Shown here: in pieces, positions 1 through 10,700 of the stretch | Position numbering within the stretch: position 1 is the first letter of the stretch | Layout of the letters: each line of letters begins with the position of its first letter | IMG/VR virus record: IMGVR_UViG_3300048672_001051 | Location: 62,001-126,000 of that record | Strand: one strand, 5' to 3' | DNA: 64,000 nucleotides | Position numbers and translations under genes: made by a program | Notes under the pieces: generated by a model | What the model was told of the DNA's origin: nothing | The model's input: only the letters and a program-made list of their open reading frames with translations | Databases searched by the model: none

Positions 1-1
1 A

Positions 2-787
2 TGGTTTTTTGATGCAGGCGTTAACTACGTAAAAATAGATAATATTTATTACGTAAAAGGATTTGAAGACAGTGTTTATAGTAAAACCCTAAAATCACAA
101 ATTGATCAGAAAAGAGTTATCAGTAGTTGCCAACCTAAAAGAGTAACATCTAAAGTAGTTGATGTTGACACTATAGACATAACTACCGCAGATTTATATG
201 GATTCTCTATAGTATCAGTCGAAGAGACACCTATACAGCAAAATTCAAATATAGTTATACCTCTAAAGGAAGAAATTCCTAAAGGTAAGTATTACATAGT
301 TCAGGGTACTACTAAAATAGAGTGTGACCTGAGACTCGGATATATAACTAGTGCTATAGCCGTACTATTTAAAGTATCTGATAATAAAAAAGTTTGGCTA
401 GAAGACAGCTTAAGTAATGTAGTAAAAGTTTTGACACCAGATGAATTCGGTTTTGTTAGCCTTTTAACTGAAGATATGTTTGTATTAAGTTACGATGTAG
501 ATAAGTACTGGCCAGCGCTAGAGCAAACTAAACCTTACACCCTGTTAGATAGTAATTTAAAAACTAACTCACAAAATAAAGTTTTGCAATATAAAGTAAT
601 TAAAACTTCCATATACAATGAAAAACATATTAGCAACTTAAATAAAAATTATTTAAGTATTAAATATTTAAAAAATTGGAAAGAAACTTTTAAAGTTGTT
701 GATGAAACCCTACCTGTAGGTATTAAACAATTTAAATTAAAAGATTGTGGAGTAATAAAAGGAAGTTTGGAGATAATAAATGATTGA
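2..787 (+). CDS. hypothetical protein, probably virion-associated (5' truncated by the window)
   Basis: Frame 2 is open from the window start (WFFDAGVNYVKID...) through the listed 431..787 ORF, so the real CDS is longer than the track shows. No recognisable motif. Confidence 0.6.
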   Translation, partial: WFFDAGVNYVKIDNIYYVKGFEDSVYSKTLKSQIDQKRVISSCQPKRVTSKVVDVDTIDITTADLYGFSIVSVEETPIQQNSNIVIPLKEEIPKGKYYIVQGTTKIECDLRLGYITSAIAVLFKVSDNKKVWLEDSLSNVVKVLTPDEFGFVSLLTEDMFVLSYDVDKYWPALEQTKPYTLLDSNLKTNSQNKVLQYKVIKTSIYNEKHISNLNKNYLSIKYLKNWKETFKVVDETLPVGIKQFKLKDCGVIKGSLEIIND

Positions 788-1358
788 AGTTCAATTTGTA
801 GATGGATTAACAGAGTTTTATAATTACGAAACTAAAACAATTCAAATAGAAATACCAGACACCTCTGAGGTTTATTTATTTGAAGTTAATTTAGATGAAT
901 CAGAAATTGATCCAACAACATTAACATTTATAAACAACACAAACATAGATTTGAGCGAATTGACATTAAGTTTAAATAATAAAAAGTTAGTGTTACAGTC
1001 TTCGACAAGTATAGCTGGTGTTAAGTTATTGATAAGTTATACTTATCTTAATCGAACACCAGATTTTCTATACAGTGTAGACTACATAGAGGGTATTTTA
1101 TATTTTTCAAAAGAACAGACAAAAAGTATAGATATAAAATACACAACTGACCAATTATTACTTGAAGGCAAGTCTGCAGAGCAATTGAAAGAAGGTTCTG
1201 ATTACAACTTTGTTAATAACATAGTAGATATAAAAAACTATGATAATTCAAATATTAGTTTTGTATATGATAACAAACTAAATATATCTAAAAAAATTAG
1301 TCCAATTCTTTCAGATGTAAAATTAAATATAATACTAAAGGATGACTTAAGCCTATGA
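780..1358 (+). CDS. hypothetical protein, possibly structural
   Basis: 192-aa ORF overlapping both neighbours in a tight plus-strand operon; beta-rich composition. Confidence 0.55.
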   Translation: MIEVQFVDGLTEFYNYETKTIQIEIPDTSEVYLFEVNLDESEIDPTTLTFINNTNIDLSELTLSLNNKKLVLQSSTSIAGVKLLISYTYLNRTPDFLYSVDYIEGILYFSKEQTKSIDIKYTTDQLLLEGKSAEQLKEGSDYNFVNNIVDIKNYDNSNISFVYDNKLNISKKISPILSDVKLNIILKDDLSL

Positions 1359-2890
1359 GTAATTTACATGCCGAAACACTTTTTAAAAAAATAGTGTTAG
1401 ATGAAGATTTAAGTAGCACTGAATCGCTTTACATCAAAGCGATTCAGGCTTCACAAAATCACACAACAAGCATAACTGAACTTAAAAAATTTCTTTCACA
1501 AAAGCAGACAGATTTAAAAAATAAGATTAACAAACTTGACATAAATTTAAGAGCTAGTTTGTTAAGTAGTAAAAAATTCATTAATGAAGCATACGCATTA
1601 AATTTGCCATTAACTTCAAATTTATTTATAAATGAAGTTGTGGTTTTAAATGGAGTTCTAACTCCAAGCTTAGAGTTAAGCACTACAGAAAAAATTGATA
1701 TGGATTTTAAAAACTTCAATAGTGAATATGGTACTAAGTTTAAAATATCAAACAATAATATAGTTATTTCTAAGAATCAATCTGAACAATTTCAACAACT
1801 AAGTATTAATATCCCAAAAGATATTTATAGTGGATTTTTTTGTATCAAGTTTGAAACAGATCAATTACTAAGTATTCTTGATAAAAATAATGCTGAAATA
1901 GTTTCTAAAACATTTACGAATATTCTTAAAATACCGTTTGATAAAGATACTATTAAACTAAAATTAAGATTTTTTGATAACAATCAAAGAGTAATTAAAA
2001 TTGTTGACAAGTTTTTTACGAAGTTAGTTTATACACAAAAGCAAGTTTATGAGACAAAGACTTTAGTCGTTAATAAAATTTTAACACAACTTGCACTAAA
2101 CACTTGTGATAATTATTCAAATAATCTTGTCAACATTAAGTACTATTTAAAAATAAACAACGAAGATTATAAAGAAATAAAACCTTTAAATAAAGATAAA
2201 ATTTCTAATGTTCCAAATATTTTGAAAAGTAGTTCACAAACATATACAGAAAAATTAACTAATTACATTGTGACGAATGGCGCTTATTATTATCCAGTAA
2301 GCTCTATTAATAACTTAACAAATATTATATGCTTAGAGCGAGAAATACGTGAGATATCTCAATTCTCAAATAAAAATGATTTAGTAACATGCTATACATA
2401 TAATAGTAATCCTGTGCAATTAATACTTAGTGAGAATGATGAAGTAGTATTAAATGATGTTAGTATTATTGCAAATGTGGATAACTATGTATGTAACATA
2501 CCAGTAGGTATAAATAAATTGGCATTGGATAAATATGTATTTAATCAACCAACAAGTTTTTTAAATGCAGAAATAGTTAATGTTAAAGAAGGAGTTTTGT
2601 TAACATACACTGAAAACTCAATAACAAAATCTATAAATTTATATGATGAAAAATCAATTTGTCTGCAATTGTTAAAAGCAGGCTGTGAGCTATATGAGAG
2701 TAGACCAGTTTTTGAATTAATTTATATTGATGATATAAAATATATTGTAAAAGACAATAGAAACAATCCAAAAATATTTGGAACATCTTTAAATAACAAT
2801 GTACAGAGTGTACAATTAAAGATTGAATTAGAATCACTTGATAGTAAAACAATACCTTACGTCTCAAGTATAACAGTAAAAGGTGCTTAA
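1355..2890 (+). CDS. hypothetical protein, possibly baseplate/virion
   Basis: 511-aa ORF with ATGA overlap; N-terminal helical and C-terminal beta-rich parts; no catalytic motif. Confidence 0.55.
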   Translation: MSNLHAETLFKKIVLDEDLSSTESLYIKAIQASQNHTTSITELKKFLSQKQTDLKNKINKLDINLRASLLSSKKFINEAYALNLPLTSNLFINEVVVLNGVLTPSLELSTTEKIDMDFKNFNSEYGTKFKISNNNIVISKNQSEQFQQLSINIPKDIYSGFFCIKFETDQLLSILDKNNAEIVSKTFTNILKIPFDKDTIKLKLRFFDNNQRVIKIVDKFFTKLVYTQKQVYETKTLVVNKILTQLALNTCDNYSNNLVNIKYYLKINNEDYKEIKPLNKDKISNVPNILKSSSQTYTEKLTNYIVTNGAYYYPVSSINNLTNIICLEREIREISQFSNKNDLVTCYTYNSNPVQLILSENDEVVLNDVSIIANVDNYVCNIPVGINKLALDKYVFNQPTSFLNAEIVNVKEGVLLTYTENSITKSINLYDEKSICLQLLKAGCELYESRPVFELIYIDDIKYIVKDNRNNPKIFGTSLNNNVQSVQLKIELESLDSKTIPYVSSITVKGA

Positions 2891-3327
2891 TGAGTTTATT
2901 TAAAACAGAGGATTTAGATTTTACAGATGGTGTGACAACTATTTATGAGTTAAGTCTAAATTATAAGGCAGGATCTGTTAGTGTAAAAGAGCTAACAGGT
3001 AGTGGGGATATTCCGCTATTATTTAACGAAATAGGTGAGAACTATATTGAACTAGTCGACTTACCGACAACTGGCAACACAATCAGAGTAACTTACACAA
3101 TAGATGAACCTAACAAGAGTGCAAGCAGCCTAGTAGAGCGGCTTGTAGCTCTTGAGGGTATAATAGAAGCACAAAATAAAAAAATAACTACACTAGAAAA
3201 AGCTGTTAGAAATAGAGTTAATGTAGAAACTTTTAATGTGTGGATAAAACTTGTGGAGAAAAAACTTGGAATTTCGGTAGCTGACAGGAATCTGTTTTCT
3301 GCAAGTAATGTGTATACAGGTCCGTAG
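2890..3327 (+). CDS. hypothetical protein with C-terminal coiled coil
   Basis: 145 aa; TAATG coupling to the previous gene; heptad-like LVERLVALEGIIEAQNKKITTLEKAV. Confidence 0.6.
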   Translation: MSLFKTEDLDFTDGVTTIYELSLNYKAGSVSVKELTGSGDIPLLFNEIGENYIELVDLPTTGNTIRVTYTIDEPNKSASSLVERLVALEGIIEAQNKKITTLEKAVRNRVNVETFNVWIKLVEKKLGISVADRNLFSASNVYTGP

Positions 3328-3919
3328 TTAGATCTAATTGTAAAACATCTTCTTCATTTAACCAACTAAATCTATGGCTGTGTACGCCTTTATAGCGATA
3401 GCCTTGGTAGTAACTCCTTACGGCGTTAAAGCGCTGGTCTGTAAATCCAACTGCATAGTATAGATAATTACTAAAAGTTAAATCGTAGTGTGCAATATAT
3501 GACACGTTGTACAACGTGTCATCATACTCCTGGTGCTTAGTCCTATAGTACCGAGACATCGCCGTAGAAAACCCCTCATCCCAGCAATTAATTGCTACCT
3601 CATAATGTTCTTCATTTTTAAAAATACCAAACATAGCTGCAAATCTCAAAAACATTTGGTTGTTAGCACCATCTAAAACATTACCAACATTTACATCAAA
3701 ATCTTGATAAAGCCTGCACAACTTAGTGAATAAAATATCATTATTATACAGCTTATCAGGTATGTGTTTAATTATATAAGGCTTTCTTTCTTTCGAGGTA
3801 GCTAAATGTTTACCAAGATGTTTAACACGCGACCATGGATACTTGCCGTACTTTGTGCCGTAATAATTATCTGAATAATTATTACGTTTATCATAACAAT
3901 CTAAATTAATATGATGCAT
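3233..3919 (-). CDS. hypothetical Tyr-rich protein
   Basis: 228-aa ORF, last of the minus-strand run; its 3' end overlaps the convergent gene by 95 nt. Confidence 0.55.
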   Translation of the reverse strand: MHHINLDCYDKRNNYSDNYYGTKYGKYPWSRVKHLGKHLATSKERKPYIIKHIPDKLYNNDILFTKLCRLYQDFDVNVGNVLDGANNQMFLRFAAMFGIFKNEEHYEVAINCWDEGFSTAMSRYYRTKHQEYDDTLYNVSYIAHYDLTFSNYLYYAVGFTDQRFNAVRSYYQGYRYKGVHSHRFSWLNEEDVLQLDLTTDLYTHYLQKTDSCQLPKFQVFSPQVLSTH

Positions 3920-3928
3920 AAATATACC

Positions 3929-4105
3929 CTAAATTACATGATTATCAATAGTTTCAATAGTTGGATTAAAAACTACTAGCTTAGAGTCAATAGCAAATAT
4001 GTAGTATGCGCCAGTAGTTTCTTCAAATTGATAAGTTATTTCAACTTCTTCTTTATCAAAAAATTCATTAGGGTCAATTTTATATTTAATCGTTTTTAAA
4101 ATCAT
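3929..4105 (-). CDS. small hypothetical protein (58 aa, not in ORF track)
   Basis: Translated by hand: MILKTIKYKIDPNEFFDKEEVEITYQFEETTGAYY...; fills the gap between sbcC and the next gene. Confidence 0.45.
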   Translation of the reverse strand: MILKTIKYKIDPNEFFDKEEVEITYQFEETTGAYYIFAIDSKLVVFNPTIETIDNHVI

Positions 4106-5924
4106 GGCATAAATTCAAGTCTATTATATTAGCATCATCATAGGTTTTGTGGCTTATGATAATAATTTGATATCCAGTGTTTGCAAGAGTATTGAAACAA
4201 GTGTTGAGCATATTAAAACGATCTTCATGTAAAGACTCGTCTAATTCGTCACCGATAAAAACACAAAAATTATCTTTATAATACATTTTTAAGATGGCTA
4301 ATCTTAAAGCAATATTAGAAAGAACTTGAGCGCTACCTTCAACTAAATCGAGTGATATGTTGTCTACTAATAATTTAAAATCATTTGTTATTTCAACAGT
4401 AGTTCTTTCGCCGCCAGTCATCAAATTTAAATAATTTGAAGCAGCATAATTTAAAGTGGGTATAGCAACAAGTTGAACATCTTTTTTAGTCTGTTCTGCG
4501 TACTGTAAACAATTATTTATAAACCTAAGTTTTGAATTATGAGTATTAATGTCAACTAATAATTTATTTTTTAGTTCCATACTATAATCATACATAGTCT
4601 TTGAACGTAAGTAATTTAAAGCATCATCATAAAAACTAACTAACACACTATACTGGGACTCTGCGGCAATAATAGATTCTTCTAACGTATCTAAAGGATA
4701 TCCTAAGATTGCTTCAAGCTTCGCAATCTCATTTAAAATATCAGAGTTACTTAAAAGTATCTCATTATATTTTAAATGTTGGTCTAATTTAAGTTTAGAT
4801 GCCTTATAATCTACATTAGAAATTGTAGCTAACAGTTCTAATTTTTCAGACATTAAAGATTCATAAATATTTTTATCTATAGTAAGCCAATTAATATACT
4901 CTTCAATTTTATTTAAAGAGTACTTAGGCGCTGACTTATAAATACCTTGTGCCAGAAGACTATCAATACTTTCTTGATTCACATTTACAATTGAAGAGCA
5001 TGTCGGACATGTTAAATTGTGCTCTTGGTATTTTAATAAAGTTAGATAATTTTTATATTGAGGATGTTGTTCTTTAATTTCTAAAAGATTATCCAGAGTA
5101 TCATCAATATTATAGGTTTGTATACGACTCAACTTTAAATCTATAGTTTTTAAACTATCGTTAGCCGTATTAAAATCATTACAGATTTTTAAAAGTTCAT
5201 CATAACTTTCAGCTGGAAGGCTCGGGAACTCTTGAACTTTATTTTTATAAAAATTATACTTAAATAAATATTCTTTTTGAGTTGCAATAGCATTAAAATG
5301 TTCTGCAACTAAAAGTTTAATATCAGCTAACTGGTCTTCAGTAAACTCTTCAAATTCTGAATTAATTTCAAAATCAGGAATATTATTATCTGCTAGTAAA
5401 GTTTCATAAGTTTTCTTTTCAGCAGTTAAAATAGATTTTTGTTTTTTAAAGTAATCTATTAATAAATAAGAATCTTTTAAACCAGTCACAGTCTCAATTA
5501 AATTTAATAAAGGTTTTTCTTTCAACGCCGAAAAAGATAACAAGTCATGTTGCTTACAAAAATTAGTTAAATAAAATACATCCTTACCATAAGTTAATAA
5601 TTCTTCTATGTGTTTGTTTGCCGCTGTAACACCACTACAAATTTTTATATATTTAGTATCTAGATAGTATAAAGCTACTGTTGAGCTTCTTACAATTTTA
5701 TAAACTTTATCAACTACTTTAAAGATTAAAGTTACAGACAAGTCTTTATAATTACTTGCAGAATCTCTTAAAGCTCTAGCTCCAAAAAAAGCATAATTAA
5801 TCATCTCTACAAGTTCAGTCTTCCCAGTACCATTCTTACCTGTAATAACATTTAAGCCGTTTGTAAAAGTGATAAAAGAATCTTGATGTGCAAAAGAATT
5901 TTGTATATGTATACTAATCAACAT
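4086..5924 (-). CDS. sbcC: SbcC/Rad50-like (gp46-like) recombination ATPase
   Basis: Walker A GKNGTGKT, central CPTC zinc hook inside coiled coil, Walker B/D-loop FIGDELDESL, H-loop IIISH. Confidence 0.9.
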   Translation of the reverse strand: MLISIHIQNSFAHQDSFITFTNGLNVITGKNGTGKTELVEMINYAFFGARALRDSASNYKDLSVTLIFKVVDKVYKIVRSSTVALYYLDTKYIKICSGVTAANKHIEELLTYGKDVFYLTNFCKQHDLLSFSALKEKPLLNLIETVTGLKDSYLLIDYFKKQKSILTAEKKTYETLLADNNIPDFEINSEFEEFTEDQLADIKLLVAEHFNAIATQKEYLFKYNFYKNKVQEFPSLPAESYDELLKICNDFNTANDSLKTIDLKLSRIQTYNIDDTLDNLLEIKEQHPQYKNYLTLLKYQEHNLTCPTCSSIVNVNQESIDSLLAQGIYKSAPKYSLNKIEEYINWLTIDKNIYESLMSEKLELLATISNVDYKASKLKLDQHLKYNEILLSNSDILNEIAKLEAILGYPLDTLEESIIAAESQYSVLVSFYDDALNYLRSKTMYDYSMELKNKLLVDINTHNSKLRFINNCLQYAEQTKKDVQLVAIPTLNYAASNYLNLMTGGERTTVEITNDFKLLVDNISLDLVEGSAQVLSNIALRLAILKMYYKDNFCVFIGDELDESLHEDRFNMLNTCFNTLANTGYQIIIISHKTYDDANIIDLNLCHDFKND

Positions 5925-6978
5925 TTAAATAAACCTTGTCTGTTATGATAGTTTTTAAGCAGTTCAACTCAGCCTCATTTAAAACTTTCGCTTCTAAAAT
6001 ATTTTTATAGAAACAACTATTAAAATCAACAACATTTGAAACAACTGTAGTTTGTGATGGAGTAGTACTTGACGGTTCAAGTTCTTTTAACTTAAATGTT
6101 AAAGCTAAACACTGTATAGGTTCTGCTAACACATAATTCTTATCAACAAGAAGCCTAACATTTTTATTTTTTAAAGTACTAACATCTATTTCAGAAAGTT
6201 TATCAATATCTATTGTAATATAAAATTCTGAAGTACTATCTTCCGCGTGAGTATAAGGTTGCATCGAACCTGTACATATATAGTCTGTATTGTAAACTTC
6301 ATTTTGAAAAGGTGTATGCTCGTGCCCCGAAACAAAAAGACTGGTACAGCTTATAAGTTCTGAAGAAGGCGCCCAAGTTTTTTCACTGCTTACAACATCC
6401 CAATGTCCAAATGAAACCATTTCAGCAGTAGGTAAAACAGCACTTTGTCTAAATTTAGAATCACCAAAAGGATTATAGCAATCAAAATAAAAATAAAAAG
6501 GTATCTTAATGGTGTCATCAATTAACTCATAAATAGGATTATTCGTTGTAGTCTTTAAATTTGATAAATTTAAAGTATCTAACATAAGTGTTAAAAGTTC
6601 GTAAGAACTTTTTTTAGATATATCCTTAGATAAATCGTGGTTGCCAGAAATTAAGTAGTAGTTAATATTGGTATTTAGTTCAGCGGAATTTTTTAATATA
6701 TTAAAAACTTCTAATTTAACTGTAGGCGTAACTACTGATTTATCAAATAAATCTCCTACTATAACAATATGAGTTATATTCAAATTACAATCAGGATTTA
6801 AAAGAGTTTTAAAAGTTTGTAAAACACTTTTCTCACGAATGCCTAGATTTGAGCTTAAAACACCGGTCTTAAATACTCTACCACAGTGAGGATCACCAAT
6901 TGTTTGCACTTTAATTTTGTAGTCGGGAAATTCAATTATAGGATTTCGTTCACCTGTTACAGTGTACCTAATAGCCAT
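5914..6978 (-). CDS. sbcD: SbcD/Mre11-like (gp47-like) nuclease
   Basis: Metallophosphoesterase motifs GDPH, VGDLFD, SGNHD, GHW, SGHEH; adjacent to sbcC. Confidence 0.9.
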   Translation of the reverse strand: MAIRYTVTGERNPIIEFPDYKIKVQTIGDPHCGRVFKTGVLSSNLGIREKSVLQTFKTLLNPDCNLNITHIVIVGDLFDKSVVTPTVKLEVFNILKNSAELNTNINYYLISGNHDLSKDISKKSSYELLTLMLDTLNLSNLKTTTNNPIYELIDDTIKIPFYFYFDCYNPFGDSKFRQSAVLPTAEMVSFGHWDVVSSEKTWAPSSELISCTSLFVSGHEHTPFQNEVYNTDYICTGSMQPYTHAEDSTSEFYITIDIDKLSEIDVSTLKNKNVRLLVDKNYVLAEPIQCLALTFKLKELEPSSTTPSQTTVVSNVVDFNSCFYKNILEAKVLNEAELNCLKTIITDKVYLNVD

Positions 6979-7005
6979 AGTTAATTTTTTTATTTAATTA
7001 TAAAT

Positions 7006-7035
7006 AAAACAGCCCGGTATTTCACAGGCTGTTTT
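7006..7035 (-). terminator. rho-independent terminator after ssb
   Basis: Inverted repeat AAAACAGCC...GGCTGTTTT; on the minus strand the stem is followed by TTTTATTTA. Confidence 0.7.
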
Positions 7036-7047
7036 TGTTAAAGCATA

Positions 7048-7683
7048 TTAGAACGGGCAGTCATCGTCATCATCAGAGCCTTGAGGTGCTGGTGTTGCCG
7101 CAAAAGAAGCTTCGACAGCTTTTGTAACGGCAGCAGCACCTGAAGCTTTTGCAGCTTCAGCCCACTCGTCACCGTTGTCTTTAGCTTCATACTCGATTAA
7201 GTCAGTTACTAGGATATGTTTTAATTTTGCAAAATCACCATAAGTATTAGAAATAATACTATAACGAGCTTTACCTCGAGAACCATTACCAACTAAAGTA
7301 GTTTCAGTAATATCCCGAATAGTACCAGAAGCATCTTGATGGAAAACGTGAGGGCGTAGTCCTTCAGGCATCGGAGTACCATCAGCCTTATTAACACTTT
7401 GTTTAAGTGTAATCAGGTACTGCAAAGGTTGAGACTCAAAAGGAACGTCAGTTTTGTATTTAGTCATGAACTCTTCGTTATCAATAACTTTCGCTTTTTG
7501 ACGAGGGTGCATCTTACTAAAAGCAGCTGCGTCTTCTTTAGTTAACGCAAGTGTTACTGAGTATTCTTTTTCAGTACTTTCAAACTTATTTTTTGGCTCT
7601 TTAATTGATGTGTAATAGAACACAGCATTGTCTAGTGGAATTGCTTGTTTTTTGTCAGTCATTGTTAAAAATCTATATAACAA
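7048..7683 (-). CDS. ssb: single-stranded DNA-binding protein
   Basis: Phage SSB-like VGNGSRGK motif, acidic C-terminal tail ending in an aromatic residue (SDDDDDCPF); lies next to the polymerase. True start probably the internal ATG (MTDKKQ). Confidence 0.75.
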   Translation of the reverse strand: MLYRFLTMTDKKQAIPLDNAVFYYTSIKEPKNKFESTEKEYSVTLALTKEDAAAFSKMHPRQKAKVIDNEEFMTKYKTDVPFESQPLQYLITLKQSVNKADGTPMPEGLRPHVFHQDASGTIRDITETTLVGNGSRGKARYSIISNTYGDFAKLKHILVTDLIEYEAKDNGDEWAEAAKASGAAAVTKAVEASFAATPAPQGSDDDDDCPF

Positions 7684-7786
7684 TTATTAATAGCATATGG
7701 TATATATTATATACCATATAAGTTGTTATGTACCCACGGTAGGAGTACACGATGAATGTCGTGCAGGTTAAACCTGCACCTCTCAA

Positions 7787-10700
7787 TTAGTGGCATTGAC
7801 CCCAATTAGAACCTACGTTCCATGCCATACCAAGCTCTAAAGAGAACTCGTTATATTTAACTGCACGGTCAATACCTTTTCTAATAATGTCAGGTAAAAT
7901 ATTGTTGAGTCCAACATAATACCTACCATCTTCAAGATGTCCAATTTCACTTGTAAGCGCGTTAGCTTTTACAAATTCTTTAGCATCTTCTTCTTTATCA
8001 AATAATTTAACTGTACACATGTTCCGAGGTACTGCGTACTGGTTTTCATCCAATTACATTACGAGTGTCGCAACACACTCTCCGCCTTTTCAGGTAACTT
8101 TTATAAGTTATTTTACGGGGTTAGACCATATCACGATGTTATATAGTAACATCCCTTCCGTTTCGAATCTACATTAGCTTTAGATTCTACTCTACTCCAT
8201 TCATTTTACAATGTGTTTCGATGGCCGTTGAACTTTTTTAAAAATTATAATTACAAGATATGTGTTTCCAAGTGCTTTTTTGCTTGAGTGCTCTAACTAA
8301 AGCATAGTTGTAGCCTAAGTCTCTTATATTAGCAGATGTATGGCCCGACTCGAGTAATTTGCAAATAGCGTGAACAGTATTTTCAGTTGTAATGCAATTA
8401 GCATTATTTGAACCAACTGCTGACCTATTATTCAGATCAAAAGAGTATTTAATATTATAACCATGAGTACACCATTCAAGATTACTTAACGCATTATTTC
8501 TACGATTAGCATCTTTGTGGTTAACTTCTGGTAAATTTTCAGGGTTTGGTATAAAAGCTTCTGCTAAAAGTCTGTGAATACTCTTGCATAATCTTTTACC
8601 GCCAACTCTTAAATTAAGTATTAAATAGCCTTTGCCATTATCTTGGGGTGTCAAAAGTTTTTTATGTTTATTAAAAACTTCACCATTTACAGTTATAAAA
8701 TAACTGTCATATATTTTTTTCATTTTTAAACTTAGCTGCTGATTGCCATATTATATTTATTGTAAATCTAATTACATATTAATTAGAAATTCAATTTTAC
8801 TATAACTTAGGTTTCCAGTCAATTAAAAAGGTTATTCGATATATATCACTATATAAAGCCACAATGAATTATGGTAAGCGATCATTTGATAAATTTTATA
8901 ATCTGATTTATTGTGAACTAAAGGGTTACCCAATAAATCTAACTCTTCTAATTCTTGACAAATCAGAACAGTTGATAATTTTGCCATAGCAGCGCCAGTG
9001 CCTTGAAATAAAAGATTCAATAAACTGTGCTTACTACGCGACATTAGTTTACGGCCATCTATACCAACAATATATTGTTGACCAGAGTCCATCCACTCTT
9101 GTTCTACTTTATCTTTAAGTTCTTTTAAAGCTGGAACAGATTCCCAAAAAAGATCGTATAGACGTTGAGCTTCTTCCGCCGAAATGCTTAGCATCTTCAT
9201 CAGTTTAGTTGCCTGAGCGCCATAAAGAACAGCGTAAGTAAAACTTTTAGCTGCATCTCTAGTAATGCCAAGTTTTCTGGCATTAATGCAATTACCAGAA
9301 ACAAATATCTTATCAGAACGTTTCACTACAACAAAACTTGAAGGTACTGTAACACAACCTACAAAACCATCATAGTCAACTTCTGAATAATAATTTTTGT
9401 TAACTGTAAGGTTAGACTTATTATTTGAAATATAGCACCGATAAATAGTGCAAATGCCTTTAACAGTAGACTTAACAAATTTATTAAAGTGACCTGCACG
9501 ATTTGTTAAATGGCATAAAGTTTGAATAGTTTTAGCTGTTTTAATTGATGTTGTATCTAACACAACATCACTATTTCTAGTAACAGTACCATCCCAAAAC
9601 TGAATCTCATCTAAAACTAAATTCATTTGGCGTGAACTTAATGTTAATAAATTATCTGTAAGCGATTTATCTAAACTTAAAAAATTACGAATTTTAACTG
9701 TGTCTTCTGAAGAATTTAAATAAAAATGATAACTAGTTTCTCTATCTTTTGGGTAAGTTGTAGTATGTGTATAAGTTATCCCAAGATTATCTAAAATATC
9801 TTTAAGCCTTTGAACTTTGCGTTCTTTACTAAAAGAGAACTTTATTCCAGAACAATCTTTAAGTAAATAAGCATCTGCTTGAACAGCTACAGCTAATTTT
9901 AAAAAGTTATCAGAATACTCTGAATTATCTTCTTGCGTGAGAATACCAGTGTTAGGTATGACTCTTGCAGAAGATCTTTTAGTAAAATTATTTGCAGTAG
10001 TTACAGACCAATTCGTGCTATTAGGTAATCTTGAAACTACACGATGTTCTGGAGTGACTAACTGATCTGTTCTAGCTGATTTTATATTTATCATCTTACC
10101 TGTATGTCGCCTCCAAATAACATTAGAAGGTTTCACAAAGGAGATTACACCATCTAGCCACTGTGCAACAAGACAATCTGTAGTGACTTGGTCGAAAGTT
10201 TTCCAACCAGTACTAGTTAATATTTGAGTATCTTCTGAAAAACAATGAATTGAATTAGGTTTTTCAGCCAATAAGTCACGAGCTAAATTTACACCATCTG
10301 TATAATTTAAGCAAAAGTTAGCTTGCACTCGAGCTTCAAGAGAAGCAAAGTCAAAAGCCATTTGCATAAAGCCGTCACCAGCTTTAAACTGACTTCTAAT
10401 AGCGTAGCCTTCAATAGAGGTTACGCGAGGGACATTACAACATAAGTGTTCCCTTGTCATCGCTAGTGACAAGGCGTTTAAAAAAAACTGCTTCATATTT
10501 CTATGAAGATCGGACTATATCTTTGGCATATTTTGGTATACCATAATCTGTTTCGGGTGTCAAAAGCTTACACCCTACGTTATAAAAACTAGTCTCTGAG
10601 CATTCTTCCTATCTTGTTTCTCAACAATATTTAGAAGCTTCGTGGCTGATTGTCCATTGTAATATCTTCTTTATTTTAAAACATTCACGCTTATCTTTTA

